20,000 nt of DNA from an uncultured virus (IMG/VR IMGVR_UViG_3300032093_000026) (Duplodnaviria > Heunggongvirae > Uroviricota > Caudoviricetes). Position 1 is the stretch's first letter, and each line of letters opens with the position of its first letter. This document shows positions 1 through 7,200 of the stretch, one piece after another. The stretch lies in IMG/VR virus record IMGVR_UViG_3300032093_000026; one strand, written 5' to 3'. The position numbers were made by a program, and so were the translations under genes. The notes under the pieces were generated by a model that ran no database searches, had not been told where the DNA came from, and saw only the letters and a list, made by a program, of their open reading frames with translations.

Positions 1-358
1 CAAAACGCTTTTCTTCTTTATCATAGATGGGAAGAAAATTAAGCCACATGTAATAGTCTCTAGAAATATACCAAGTGTTCGTATTAGAATGTACTATTAT
101 TCCTTTACGACATTTATTCTTTTGGTCATCCCAATAGTTTATAAAGTCTTTTGTTTTAAGAGGAGCATCACAATAGTATCCCTGCTTTTGAAACTTACGT
201 GCTTCTGCATTAAATATACGTGTAGTTTCATCAAAGTTGTACGTACCAGGTTCTTTAAAAAGTGATTGTAAAAAATCTTTAAATTCCTCTCTTGTTTGAA
301 AAGCTGTAACAGACCACGTCCCATTTTTGTATGTTGGTACTTCTATAAAATTATCCAT
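1..358 (-). CDS. terL: Terminase large subunit, N-terminal part (continues past window start)
   Basis: Manual translation from ATG 358: MDNFIEVPTYKNG...GYYCDAPLKTKDFINYWDDQKNKCRKG...RDYYMWLNFLPIYDKEEKRF, open to position 1. Resembles crAss-like TerL N-termini and overlaps the upstream stop (ATGGATAA). Missing from the ORF track because it has no stop in the window. Confidence 0.8.
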   Translation of the reverse strand, partial: MDNFIEVPTYKNGTWSVTAFQTREEFKDFLQSLFKEPGTYNFDETTRIFNAEARKFQKQGYYCDAPLKTKDFINYWDDQKNKCRKGIIVHSNTNTWYISRDYYMWLNFLPIYDKEEKRF

Positions 359-593
359 TGATAAGTTTTTCTACTTCTAAAGGATCGCCTTTAAGTCTAT
401 ATAAAAGTTCTTTTAAATCAGCTATATTTTTACTTTTTAAACATCTTTCACAGTCTTGTTTATCCCAATATTTATTGTAATCGTCTCTATGTATAGCCAC
501 CCACAATTCTGTAAATGGATTAAAATGAAATATCCAATTATACATAAATGAGTTTCCTACATAGTTGGGTTCATAATCTTGATATGCTTCCAT
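351..593 (-). CDS. Hypothetical phage protein (80 aa, MEAYQDYE...)
   Basis: Track ORF 351..746 trimmed to ATG 593 because the extension runs through a tRNA gene. Confidence 0.75.
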   Translation of the reverse strand: MEAYQDYEPNYVGNSFMYNWIFHFNPFTELWVAIHRDDYNKYWDKQDCERCLKSKNIADLKELLYRLKGDPLEVEKLING

Positions 594-607
594 AATAAAT
601 AATTTAG

Positions 608-725
608 CTGTAGGGGTAGGATTCGAACCTACACGTTGACTATTCTCAACAAAAAGCTTATTTCTGTGGAGAATACTCAACACTATCGAGACAAGATAGC
701 GTGTCTGCCATTTCACCACCCTACA
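608..725 (-). tRNA. Atypical tRNA, anticodon GUC (Asp), with 50-nt variable arm
   Basis: Acceptor TGTAGGG/CCCTACA plus G73; D arm GTG-AAATGGCAGA-CAC; anticodon arm CTATC-TTGTCTC-GATAG; T arm GTAGG-TTCGAAT-CCTAC; no encoded CCA. Confidence 0.8.
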
Positions 726-751
726 ATATTGCAACTTTTGTAACAAAAGTC

Positions 752-869
752 AGTGAGAGTTGCCAACTCATCCAGCTTACGATCTGGCTCTCCTGGGTCA
801 GCTGTGCAAGACATGAAGTCTATTCTGAGAGCTGTGAGAGGAACTACGATCTAGTGGCCTACTAGCACT
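752..869 (-). ncRNA. Candidate multi-stem structured RNA between the two tRNAs
   Basis: AGTG/CACT closure with CTAGT/ACTAG, TTCCT/AGGAG-CAGCT/AGCTG-AGAC/GTCT, CCAG/CTGG and GAGTT/AACTC stems; GC-rich relative to flanks. Strand assumed from the operon. Confidence 0.5.
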
Positions 870-872
870 TTG

Positions 873-944
873 TTGCGAGGGTGGGAATCGAACCCACGAC
901 CTTGAGCTTATGAAACTCACGAGCTACCTCTGCTCTACCTCGCG
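873..944 (-). tRNA. tRNA-Met(CAU), initiator-like
   Basis: CGCGAGG/CCTCGCA (C1:A72 mismatch), D stem GAGC/GCTC (A11:U24), TGAGT-TTCATAA-GCTCA, GTGGG-TTCGATT-CCCAC, A73. Confidence 0.93.
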
Positions 945-949
945 AAATA

Positions 950-1462
950 TTATTGATCATACGCAAGATTTTGACCACCTCTCACTGTCGATTGTTGTTC
1001 CTCTTCCAAATCTCGAAGTGTGCCTTTAAAGCTCTGGCGTATTTGTTCAAATTTTGATGCTGCGTTAACAAGTGCTGTAATGTTACCGTCTCTGCCATGC
1101 TCAATTTCTGTAGTCTCCATGTATTTAGCAAGCCTATCCAACATGCTCTTGATACCAGCATAAGCTCTGTACGTTGGTGTTTCGTATAACTTTTTACACA
1201 TTTTAAGACCATTAACAATACAATCTTCATCAGTAGAAAAGTCAACGTCAATTTCTTTAAGAATAAGTTCTTCTTTTTCATGTTCTGGTACATCAAAAAA
1301 AGGGTTTACATCTGGACTAGGACAAGTCATGTAAAACAAATAAGCATATATTTTTAAATACTCATCTGGAAACTCATCCATTATGTCCTTTAAAAATTTA
1401 AGTGTATAACAATGTTCTGTTACTACCACCTTTCCATTTTGTATATCAAATAATCTGATCAT
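950..1462 (-). CDS. Conserved crAss-like protein, putative terminase small subunit
   Basis: 170 aa, helical, C-terminal RGGQNLAYDQ, upstream of terL. TerS function is inferred from position. Confidence 0.55.
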   Translation of the reverse strand: MIRLFDIQNGKVVVTEHCYTLKFLKDIMDEFPDEYLKIYAYLFYMTCPSPDVNPFFDVPEHEKEELILKEIDVDFSTDEDCIVNGLKMCKKLYETPTYRAYAGIKSMLDRLAKYMETTEIEHGRDGNITALVNAASKFEQIRQSFKGTLRDLEEEQQSTVRGGQNLAYDQ

Positions 1463-1652
1463 CTTTTAATTTTATATATATGTCACTATTAACTGGGAGT
1501 GCTAGTGAGTTATGATGATATAATATTTTACCATCATTTGAAAAACCTGTAACTACAACTATATCTCCTTTTTTAACATGACATAATAATTTAGTTCCTA
1601 ATCTATCACAAGTTATTAAAAGTTTATCACCTATTTTTAACTTGTTTGTCAT
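1446..1652 (-). CDS. Hypothetical protein
   Basis: 68 aa, overlaps both neighbours in the operon. Confidence 0.65.
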   Translation of the reverse strand: MTNKLKIGDKLLITCDRLGTKLLCHVKKGDIVVVTGFSNDGKILYHHNSLALPVNSDIYIKLKDDQII

Positions 1653-1846
1653 TTTGTTAAATCAAGAGTCGCGTTAAAATGTATTTTAATTTGATCACTT
1701 CTATAATGTCTTACATGACCTCCATCACATAAAACAACACACCATATATCATTTTCAAATGTCCCACCATTAGTTACATATATAGCATACCCTTCTTTAT
1801 TACCTTCTACTATAACAGGCATGGGATTTTTAAATTCTAACATCAT
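1649..1846 (-). CDS. Hypothetical phage protein (NDIWCV motif)
   Basis: 65 aa, ATGA-type overlaps. Confidence 0.75.
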   Translation of the reverse strand: MMLEFKNPMPVIVEGNKEGYAIYVTNGGTFENDIWCVVLCDGGHVRHYRSDQIKIHFNATLDLTK

Positions 1847-2070
1847 ATAAGACTATTATTTTTTAATAGATCTCTTCTAGCTGATTGATTAGACATGCCG
1901 CGCAATATTGATTGATTTTTTAAATCAAGATTGTGTATCCAACTCACTTTATTCATAGCTTTATCACGCTCTGTCATATAATACTTACGAGCTTGTTGTG
2001 TCATATCTAATGTACCTGCATCAAATGCATCTAGCACTTCAGCAAGTGTAGGTATTTTTTCTTGTTCCAT
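1843..2070 (-). CDS. Hypothetical protein (MEQEKIPT...)
   Basis: Track ORF trimmed to ATG 2070, which directly follows the upstream stop at 2072. Confidence 0.7.
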   Translation of the reverse strand: MEQEKIPTLAEVLDAFDAGTLDMTQQARKYYMTERDKAMNKVSWIHNLDLKNQSILRGMSNQSARRDLLKNNSLI

Positions 2071-2071
2071 G

Positions 2072-2443
2072 TTATACAGAATATAAAATTGATAATGCGT
2101 GAAGTCTTCCTGCTGCATCAAATAAATACTTTATTGCTTCAGGTTCTTTACGCTTTGCATATTCAAGTTCAAGTTTTGACGAGTGTTCTAATAAACCACT
2201 AATCATATTTAAGTCTTCACTATTCACTTTATCTTTAAGATAGTCTAAAAGATTTTCTGCAAGTGCCCACATTGTAGCACACTTACCTTGTGGATATACA
2301 TCTTGTGATAAGTCTTTTGCAGCATCTGCTAATAACTCAGACATTTGTAAGTAAAGCTTTGACACTCTTTCTCTTTGCTCTATGTCTGTTTCTTTTTTAT
2401 GTTGTGCTATTGTCACAAACATTTTTATTACGTCAAACCACAT
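2072..2443 (-). CDS. Hypothetical helical protein
   Basis: 123 aa, TAATG coupling to the upstream gene. Confidence 0.75.
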   Translation of the reverse strand: MWFDVIKMFVTIAQHKKETDIEQRERVSKLYLQMSELLADAAKDLSQDVYPQGKCATMWALAENLLDYLKDKVNSEDLNMISGLLEHSSKLELEYAKRKEPEAIKYLFDAAGRLHALSILYSV

Positions 2444-3273
2444 TATGTTTTTGGTTTTAATTTATGTCTATTATCTGTTAACCAGTTTATAAGAGATGTA
2501 ACCTCTTCTTTTAAATAAGGTAGATCGTATTGCACTACATCTGTGACAATAGGATTGCCAGAAGTATCAAGAGCAGATATAGGATTATCAAAACGGTCTC
2601 TTCCTGCTTCTTGAAATAGAATGTGATGGATTGTAATATTACCTGGCTTAAGCTTAGGATTATGCTTAAGAATAATAAACATATACATGCTAAGCTGCAA
2701 AGTATAGTGATTAAGGTTACAATCGTCAAGATGGCTGACAGGAGGAGACATTTTTTGAGTGACACCTTCCCAGTTAGTATATCCTTCAACTTTAATTTCT
2801 TTATTAGTTTTATAATCAGTGATGTGTACTACACCATTTACCACTTCAACTAAATCAGATTGACCACATATGCCAGCAGATTTTAAATACACCATATGTT
2901 CTGGATAGACACCATCTGTTAGCTTTTGTGTTGGTGAATGTTTAATCCCATCAATTTCGATGGGTTTAAACACTTGTATTGTACTACCATGTCTTTCCAT
3001 ATTTTCAAAAGAACATATATCAGTTTCTCTACAATTATGATACCATGTTCCAAGTGTTGTTGCTCTATTAGCTTCAGCTTTCCAAGCTGCTTTAATTTCT
3101 TCAGGTGTCATTCCATACCACTTGCTCTTTCTACTTTTAGCAGACTTAGCAGCTATTGTATCAGCATCAAAAGGTTGCTTAAAGTTAGATATAAAACTTG
3201 TAACACTAAGCCAATCAGTACCATCTTCACTTATATATTTATGTTTCTCTGGTAAAAATCTTAGTATACTCAT
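2443..3273 (-). CDS. PD-(D/E)XK exonuclease (Cas4/RecB-like family)
   Basis: SVT...GTWYH...PEHMVY...GICGQSDLV...ITDYKTNK...YTLQLSMY motifs. Confidence 0.88.
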   Translation of the reverse strand: MSILRFLPEKHKYISEDGTDWLSVTSFISNFKQPFDADTIAAKSAKSRKSKWYGMTPEEIKAAWKAEANRATTLGTWYHNCRETDICSFENMERHGSTIQVFKPIEIDGIKHSPTQKLTDGVYPEHMVYLKSAGICGQSDLVEVVNGVVHITDYKTNKEIKVEGYTNWEGVTQKMSPPVSHLDDCNLNHYTLQLSMYMFIILKHNPKLKPGNITIHHILFQEAGRDRFDNPISALDTSGNPIVTDVVQYDLPYLKEEVTSLINWLTDNRHKLKPKT

Positions 3274-3602
3274 AAACCTAATTTTTGATTTAGTTTATCT
3301 TCCTCTTCTTCTGTAAGAATAGCTTCCCACTTACCAAGAGGACAATCAGAACTTAGAGCCCTAGTTTTTAAACTAAGACTACATCCACAACCACCTTTCT
3401 TTTCATTACAACACGGCTGGGTTCCTGGCACCATACATCCTTCACCTTGCACATCTAGAAGATCACATTCTTGACAAATCTGCATTCTGTGTTGTGCAAT
3501 TTCTTCTACATCTTCTCTTTTAAATATAGAGTTGGTAATTCCTTCAAGAATTGCTCCCTTGCTCTTCCATATCTTTATTATGTTTTTTCCTAGACTTGAC
3601 AT
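3270..3602 (-). CDS. Cys-rich putative zinc-binding protein
   Basis: CQEC...C...CC...CGC...CPLGKW. Confidence 0.75.
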   Translation of the reverse strand: MSSLGKNIIKIWKSKGAILEGITNSIFKREDVEEIAQHRMQICQECDLLDVQGEGCMVPGTQPCCNEKKGGCGCSLSLKTRALSSDCPLGKWEAILTEEEEDKLNQKLGL

Positions 3603-3966
3603 TAGCTTTAGTTTTATGTAGTTTAATAAAATCTTTTCTCTGGCTTTCTTCTTGTATAAGTTTGTTTAAATTTTTTAAATCAAAAAGATTTTCAGCCACT
3701 TTAAATCTAGCTGTTATTTGTTGTAAACCTTTTTGTTTATTTGTTTCTTCCCAAGCTTCTAGAGATTTTATTTTATCTTCAATTTTCCAATGCTTAATTG
3801 TAAAATCTCCAAGGTTTGTTATATGTATTCTAGAATGTTTTAAACCTGATAAACTTTTTCTCACTTCAGCCCAATAAAAAGATACAACAGCATTTATTAA
3901 ATCTTCACTATGTAATGTTATCTCAGCTGTTGGTTTAATAAGATCTTTAGCTTTCTTTGGGTTCAA
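3544..3966 (-). CDS. IHF/HU-like DNA-binding protein
   Basis: Two N-terminal helices then IHITNLGDFTIK, the HU/IHF I.I.xFG.F pattern; basic tail. Confidence 0.65.
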   Translation of the reverse strand: MNPKKAKDLIKPTAEITLHSEDLINAVVSFYWAEVRKSLSGLKHSRIHITNLGDFTIKHWKIEDKIKSLEAWEETNKQKGLQQITARFKVAENLFDLKNLNKLIQEESQRKDFIKLHKTKANVKSRKKHNKDMEEQGSNS

Positions 3967-4318
3967 TACTTAAAAATTTAAAATTTAAAAGAATGTTTCC
4001 TTTAGAATGAACATTTAATATAGGGTTGATTGCAATCTTCTTTTTGTTCTTTCCTTCTTTTACAATCATTCCTTTTTTTTCTAGTTTTGTTAAACAGTTT
4101 CTAGCACTTTGAGCTGATGAAAATATTTTTCTATCGTGTATAATATTACACAATGTAGTGAGCTCTTGCTCACCATTAATTGCTAAATATGTTAAACAAT
4201 CTAATTCAGCTTCACTTAGATGTACGTATGATAAAAAACAATGTGTGACAATTTGATATTTTACTATCTCCTTTTTGTCAATCATCACCTTCTTATCTAC
4301 TTGATTTACTACAGCCAT
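3947..4318 (-). CDS. Winged-helix (MarR-like) DNA-binding protein
   Basis: LSEAELDCLTYL...SAQSARNCLTKLEKKGMIVKEG. Confidence 0.7.
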   Translation of the reverse strand: MAVVNQVDKKVMIDKKEIVKYQIVTHCFLSYVHLSEAELDCLTYLAINGEQELTTLCNIIHDRKIFSSAQSARNCLTKLEKKGMIVKEGKNKKKIAINPILNVHSKGNILLNFKFLSIEPKES

Positions 4319-4749
4319 TACAAATCAATTTTAAAAAAAACATAATCTTCTTTTGTTCCACCCCAGTTTTGGTAAGTGAGTATTTCTTCACCACCAAAGT
4401 TTTGAAACACTTTCCAGCTAGCACCTTTACGTGCTTCACCAGTTAAATACTTATAATTAGAATTAGTCCCCCACTCTACAGCTAATCTTACAAGTTCATG
4501 ACCTAACCCCTTAGATCTATGAGATGGTAGTACTGTGAAACTTTCTACATGTACAACATTATCTGATTGCCATGTTAATACTATTTCACCCACTAATTCA
4601 TTCTTATCTCTAAGCCATATTCCCTGAATTTTTTCATCTTCATGGAACATGTACATTTTATAGGAAGGTTCCCATCTTAAAGCAGGTGGGTGTTCTCTCT
4701 CAAATTTAAAAGTTTCTTTGTAGTCTTTTAACTTATAGAGGGGGGACAT
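4318..4749 (-). CDS. GNAT family N-acetyltransferase
   Basis: Acetyl-CoA motif VLPSHRSKGLGHELV and ASWKVFQNFG. Confidence 0.88.
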   Translation of the reverse strand: MSPLYKLKDYKETFKFEREHPPALRWEPSYKMYMFHEDEKIQGIWLRDKNELVGEIVLTWQSDNVVHVESFTVLPSHRSKGLGHELVRLAVEWGTNSNYKYLTGEARKGASWKVFQNFGGEEILTYQNWGGTKEDYVFFKIDL

Positions 4750-4753
4750 ATTC

Positions 4754-5080
4754 TTACTTTTTCAAAGATCTGGATTTCTTTTCTTCAACTGGTTCTTCGG
4801 ATTTAAGTACTTCATCTCCTACTTTTAAACCAGCCTCAACAAGCTCAGGATTATTTTCTAAATCCTCTTCAGTGAGTTTATGTGGTGTTCCACGTGGAAC
4901 ATCTTGACTTGGGTTGGTAAGATTTGCAATAAAGTTTAAAGCCTGAAGTTCTTCAGCTCTACCTTTTGCTAAAGTGGTGTTCAAATTCTGAAGTTTAACT
5001 TGTACTTCTTTAACTTCAATTTGCTCGTTAAGAAAAGTGATTAACTCTTCTTTGGTTGGGACTTTTTGTTCTTCTGACAT
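4754..5080 (-). CDS. Hypothetical coiled-coil protein
   Basis: 108 aa ORF in the operon. Confidence 0.75.
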   Translation of the reverse strand: MSEEQKVPTKEELITFLNEQIEVKEVQVKLQNLNTTLAKGRAEELQALNFIANLTNPSQDVPRGTPHKLTEEDLENNPELVEAGLKVGDEVLKSEEPVEEKKSRSLKK

Positions 5081-5098
5081 AATTGTGGGTTTTTATAA

Positions 5099-5434
5099 TT
5101 AAAGATCTATATCATCATCGCCTGGTAAAAGATTTGGTGGCTCTTGATCACCAAACTGATAGAAAGTACTATCTATATAATCAGTCCATTTAGCTACCAT
5201 CTCTTCATATGGTGTATCTAAAATAAACGTCTCTCCTTGTGTTGTAAATATAACAGCACAATTAAATGACTCCTCATCTCTATTATCTGTTGCCATTTTA
5301 ATAGTGGTAATTATACCCATATCAATAGCAAATGGAAGCCATTTACCTGGATCATCTTTAATACCCATAGCTTCTCTTTCCATTAAGCTCATTGTATAAC
5401 AATGCACTTTACATCTGTGAATCATACTTTTCAT
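5099..5434 (-). CDS. Hypothetical protein
   Basis: 111 aa, ATGA overlap. Confidence 0.75.
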   Translation of the reverse strand: MKSMIHRCKVHCYTMSLMEREAMGIKDDPGKWLPFAIDMGIITTIKMATDNRDEESFNCAVIFTTQGETFILDTPYEEMVAKWTDYIDSTFYQFGDQEPPNLLPGDDDIDL

Positions 5435-5664
5435 ATATGTTTGGTTTTACGTTTTGACTCGTGATAATTACTGTAGTTAATATGCTTGCTTTTGTTAGAA
5501 GATCTCTCTAATTCCATAGCAGCCATTCTATAAGCTAGCCCGTCTCTTACATCTATTACAGGAACCCCCACCTCTTGATCAAACCTATCTTTAACTACTC
5601 TGTAATGAGACAAAAGATCTTCTCCTGCGTCATCTTTTAAATACCTTAATTCCATTTGATTCAT
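5431..5664 (-). CDS. Hypothetical protein, first gene of the leftward operon
   Basis: 77 aa ORF directly after a promoter-like motif. Confidence 0.7.
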   Translation of the reverse strand: MNQMELRYLKDDAGEDLLSHYRVVKDRFDQEVGVPVIDVRDGLAYRMAAMELERSSNKSKHINYSNYHESKRKTKHI

Positions 5665-5667
5665 AAT

Positions 5668-5699
5668 ATAATATACTTTAAATGTTTAAACTTTCCAAA
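5668..5699 (-). promoter_or_regulatory. Bacteroidota-type promoter variant for the leftward operon
   Basis: TTTG (5699-5696) - 20 nt - TATATTAT (5675-5668); the consensus is TTTG-N19-21-TAnnTTTG. Confidence 0.5.
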
Positions 5700-5868
5700 T
5701 TTATTTAGAATACCTCAATTAAATTTTTTGATTTTTACACATGTTGTGTATAACCCCCCACTACTATATTAGAGTGTGTTGTGGGGTATTGATGGTTTGA
5801 CCCCTACTTCGTTTGGGGGATATGGTGTACCCCGATGTTACACCACTTAATTCTTAAATCGTAATGTT

Positions 5869-6165
5869 ATGACAGCGAAAGTTTTTGGTGCAAAGATTGT
5901 TTCCATCCTTGAAGAAGTAAAGACTAAATCCAATGGTAAGCAGTACTTGACAGCAACAGTTGAGTTTACTGATGGCCCACTCGTGGGCAAGACTTACTTT
6001 GCTCAACGCACTTTGGGAGAGAACAAGTCTGCTATTGCAGTCGGTCAAAATGTGCGTGCTATTCTTGAAATCGTTGAGAGAGACGGTGTGAAAAGACCGT
6101 TCTTCGAGATTTCTACTAGCATCGTGGATGATGCAGACAGCTTGATGGCGTTGCTTGGTCAGTAA
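5869..6165 (+). CDS. Beta-rich protein, possible OB-fold nucleic-acid-binding
   Basis: 98 aa, KSNGKQYLTATVEF, VGQNVRA; first rightward gene, followed by a terminator. Confidence 0.65.
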   Translation: MTAKVFGAKIVSILEEVKTKSNGKQYLTATVEFTDGPLVGKTYFAQRTLGENKSAIAVGQNVRAILEIVERDGVKRPFFEISTSIVDDADSLMALLGQ

Positions 6166-6185
6166 TGTGACCATAGCATCGTAAC

Positions 6186-6218
6186 AACACACACGCATAC
6201 TGCGTGTGTGTTTTTTTT
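6186..6218 (+). terminator. Rho-independent terminator
   Basis: AACACACACGCA-TAC-TGCGTGTGTGTT plus U tract. Confidence 0.85.
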
Positions 6219-6301
6219 ATTTGTGCGTACAGTTTCTCAGATCATATTTTTTTTAATTGTTTATACTGTTTCTCTGTTCATATATTAATCCTTAGTGAAT
6301 T

Positions 6302-6394
6302 ATGTTAGCAACTATTCTTGCTGACGGAACTGTTACTATTGTTAAGACTGTTAAAGACTTAATAGTATTGGCAGAAGAGACACGCAATGCGTGA
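6302..6394 (+). CDS. Small ORF (30 aa, MLATILADGTVTIVKTVKDLIVLAEETRNA)
   Basis: Manual translation; AT-rich leader. Confidence 0.45.
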   Translation: MLATILADGTVTIVKTVKDLIVLAEETRNA

Positions 6395-6459
6395 TCTCTA
6401 ACGCAGTTATGCTTCATCTGCGTTGCGTCATACGACCAAAAAGCAATTTGATATTATTT

Positions 6460-6502
6460 GTGTGTGTTTGTTTTATTGACAGACACACACTTTACTTTTT
6501 TT
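6460..6502 (+). terminator. Terminator-like hairpin
   Basis: GTGTGTGTTTG/CAGACACACAC followed by TTTACTTTTTTT. Confidence 0.6.
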
Positions 6503-6534
6503 AACCTGCGTATAATGCTCACATTTATTTATTT

Positions 6535-6828
6535 GTGTGGGCATTAGATCGCTATAAATCTTATGTTATGGTTCTAATTAAACCTGGTACTAAGTGTTTA
6601 GAATCTGCTAGTGAATACAAGTATTACTTAGCAGTTAGTTGTGATCAACTGTGGGTTATGGGTAGAGAGAATGGAGAGTATGTGTTGCTTGAACAGATTG
6701 TAATAGGTGTTAGTTATGACGCTTATTTAGTTGCTTGCACTGATGAGGATGCGTTTCTTGATTCTATTACTATTATCAAGGACTATATTCTTAGTGGTCG
6801 TAATGCACTGAACTTGTTAGACATTTAA
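6535..6828 (+). CDS. Hypothetical protein (true start possibly ATG 6568)
   Basis: ORF track. Confidence 0.6.
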   Translation: MWALDRYKSYVMVLIKPGTKCLESASEYKYYLAVSCDQLWVMGRENGEYVLLEQIVIGVSYDAYLVACTDEDAFLDSITIIKDYILSGRNALNLLDI

Positions 6829-6840
6829 ATAATACAAACC

Positions 6841-6908
6841 CAAGTGGTACAGGGGGTAACTCTCTGCAGAGAGAAATAGTAGTGCTCGCGACACTATGGC
6901 CACACTTG
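6841..6908 (+). ncRNA. Candidate three-way-junction RNA
   Basis: CAAGTG/CACTTG closing CAGGGGG-TAA-CTCTCTG and TAGTG/CACTA. Confidence 0.4.
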
Positions 6909-6930
6909 ACTAATAAGTAAAAATTCGTAG

Positions 6931-6960
6931 AAAGGCGTGTGATTAGTCCACACGCTTTTT
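6931..6960 (+). terminator. Rho-independent terminator
   Basis: AAGGCGTGTG/CACACGCTTT plus T run. Confidence 0.75.
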
Positions 6961-6988
6961 AATTTTGTAACCAATTAAACTTGTATAT

Positions 6989-7186
6989 ATGAAACAGAAC
7001 TTCTTGTTAATTTATGCTATTGTATTGTTTGTTATATCATCTGCAGTGCTGTATTTAGGTGCTGATTCAGGGTTATTAGTTGATACTATTAACCTATGTA
7101 TTATAGGTGGTATGACTCTTTTAGGTTATGTTGGTTCATTTTTAGCCTATTTAGGTTATCGTGAACAATTAAAAGAATCTCAATAA
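6989..7186 (+). CDS. Small membrane protein (2 TM)
   Basis: 65 aa, two hydrophobic segments. Confidence 0.7.
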   Translation: MKQNFLLIYAIVLFVISSAVLYLGADSGLLVDTINLCIIGGMTLLGYVGSFLAYLGYREQLKESQ

Positions 7187-7200
7187 GAGAGTAACTCTTT

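Noticed and set aside
139..324. 61-aa track ORF
   Set aside because: Off-frame shadow of the terL reading frame (358 to <1).
594..746. N-terminal extension of ORF 351..746
   Set aside because: It is a translation of the tRNA gene; the real start is ATG 593.
780..872. HDV-like theta ribozyme in the tRNA-Met 3' trailer (TTCCTC resembles L3)
   Set aside because: Could not build P3 or the P1.1 GG pairing in HDV order.
2443..3273. CRISPR-associated Cas4 or a CRISPR array
   Set aside because: No Fe-S Cys cluster pattern, no other cas genes and no repeat-spacer array in the window.
982..3877. Track ORFs 982..1296, 2535..2789, 2623..2853, 2938..3255, 3122..3316, 3551..3877
   Set aside because: Nested in or antisense to well-supported genes, with no motifs.
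6476..6516. E. coli-type TTGACA/TATAAT promoter
   Set aside because: Spacing is 29 nt and TTGACA lies in a terminator hairpin.
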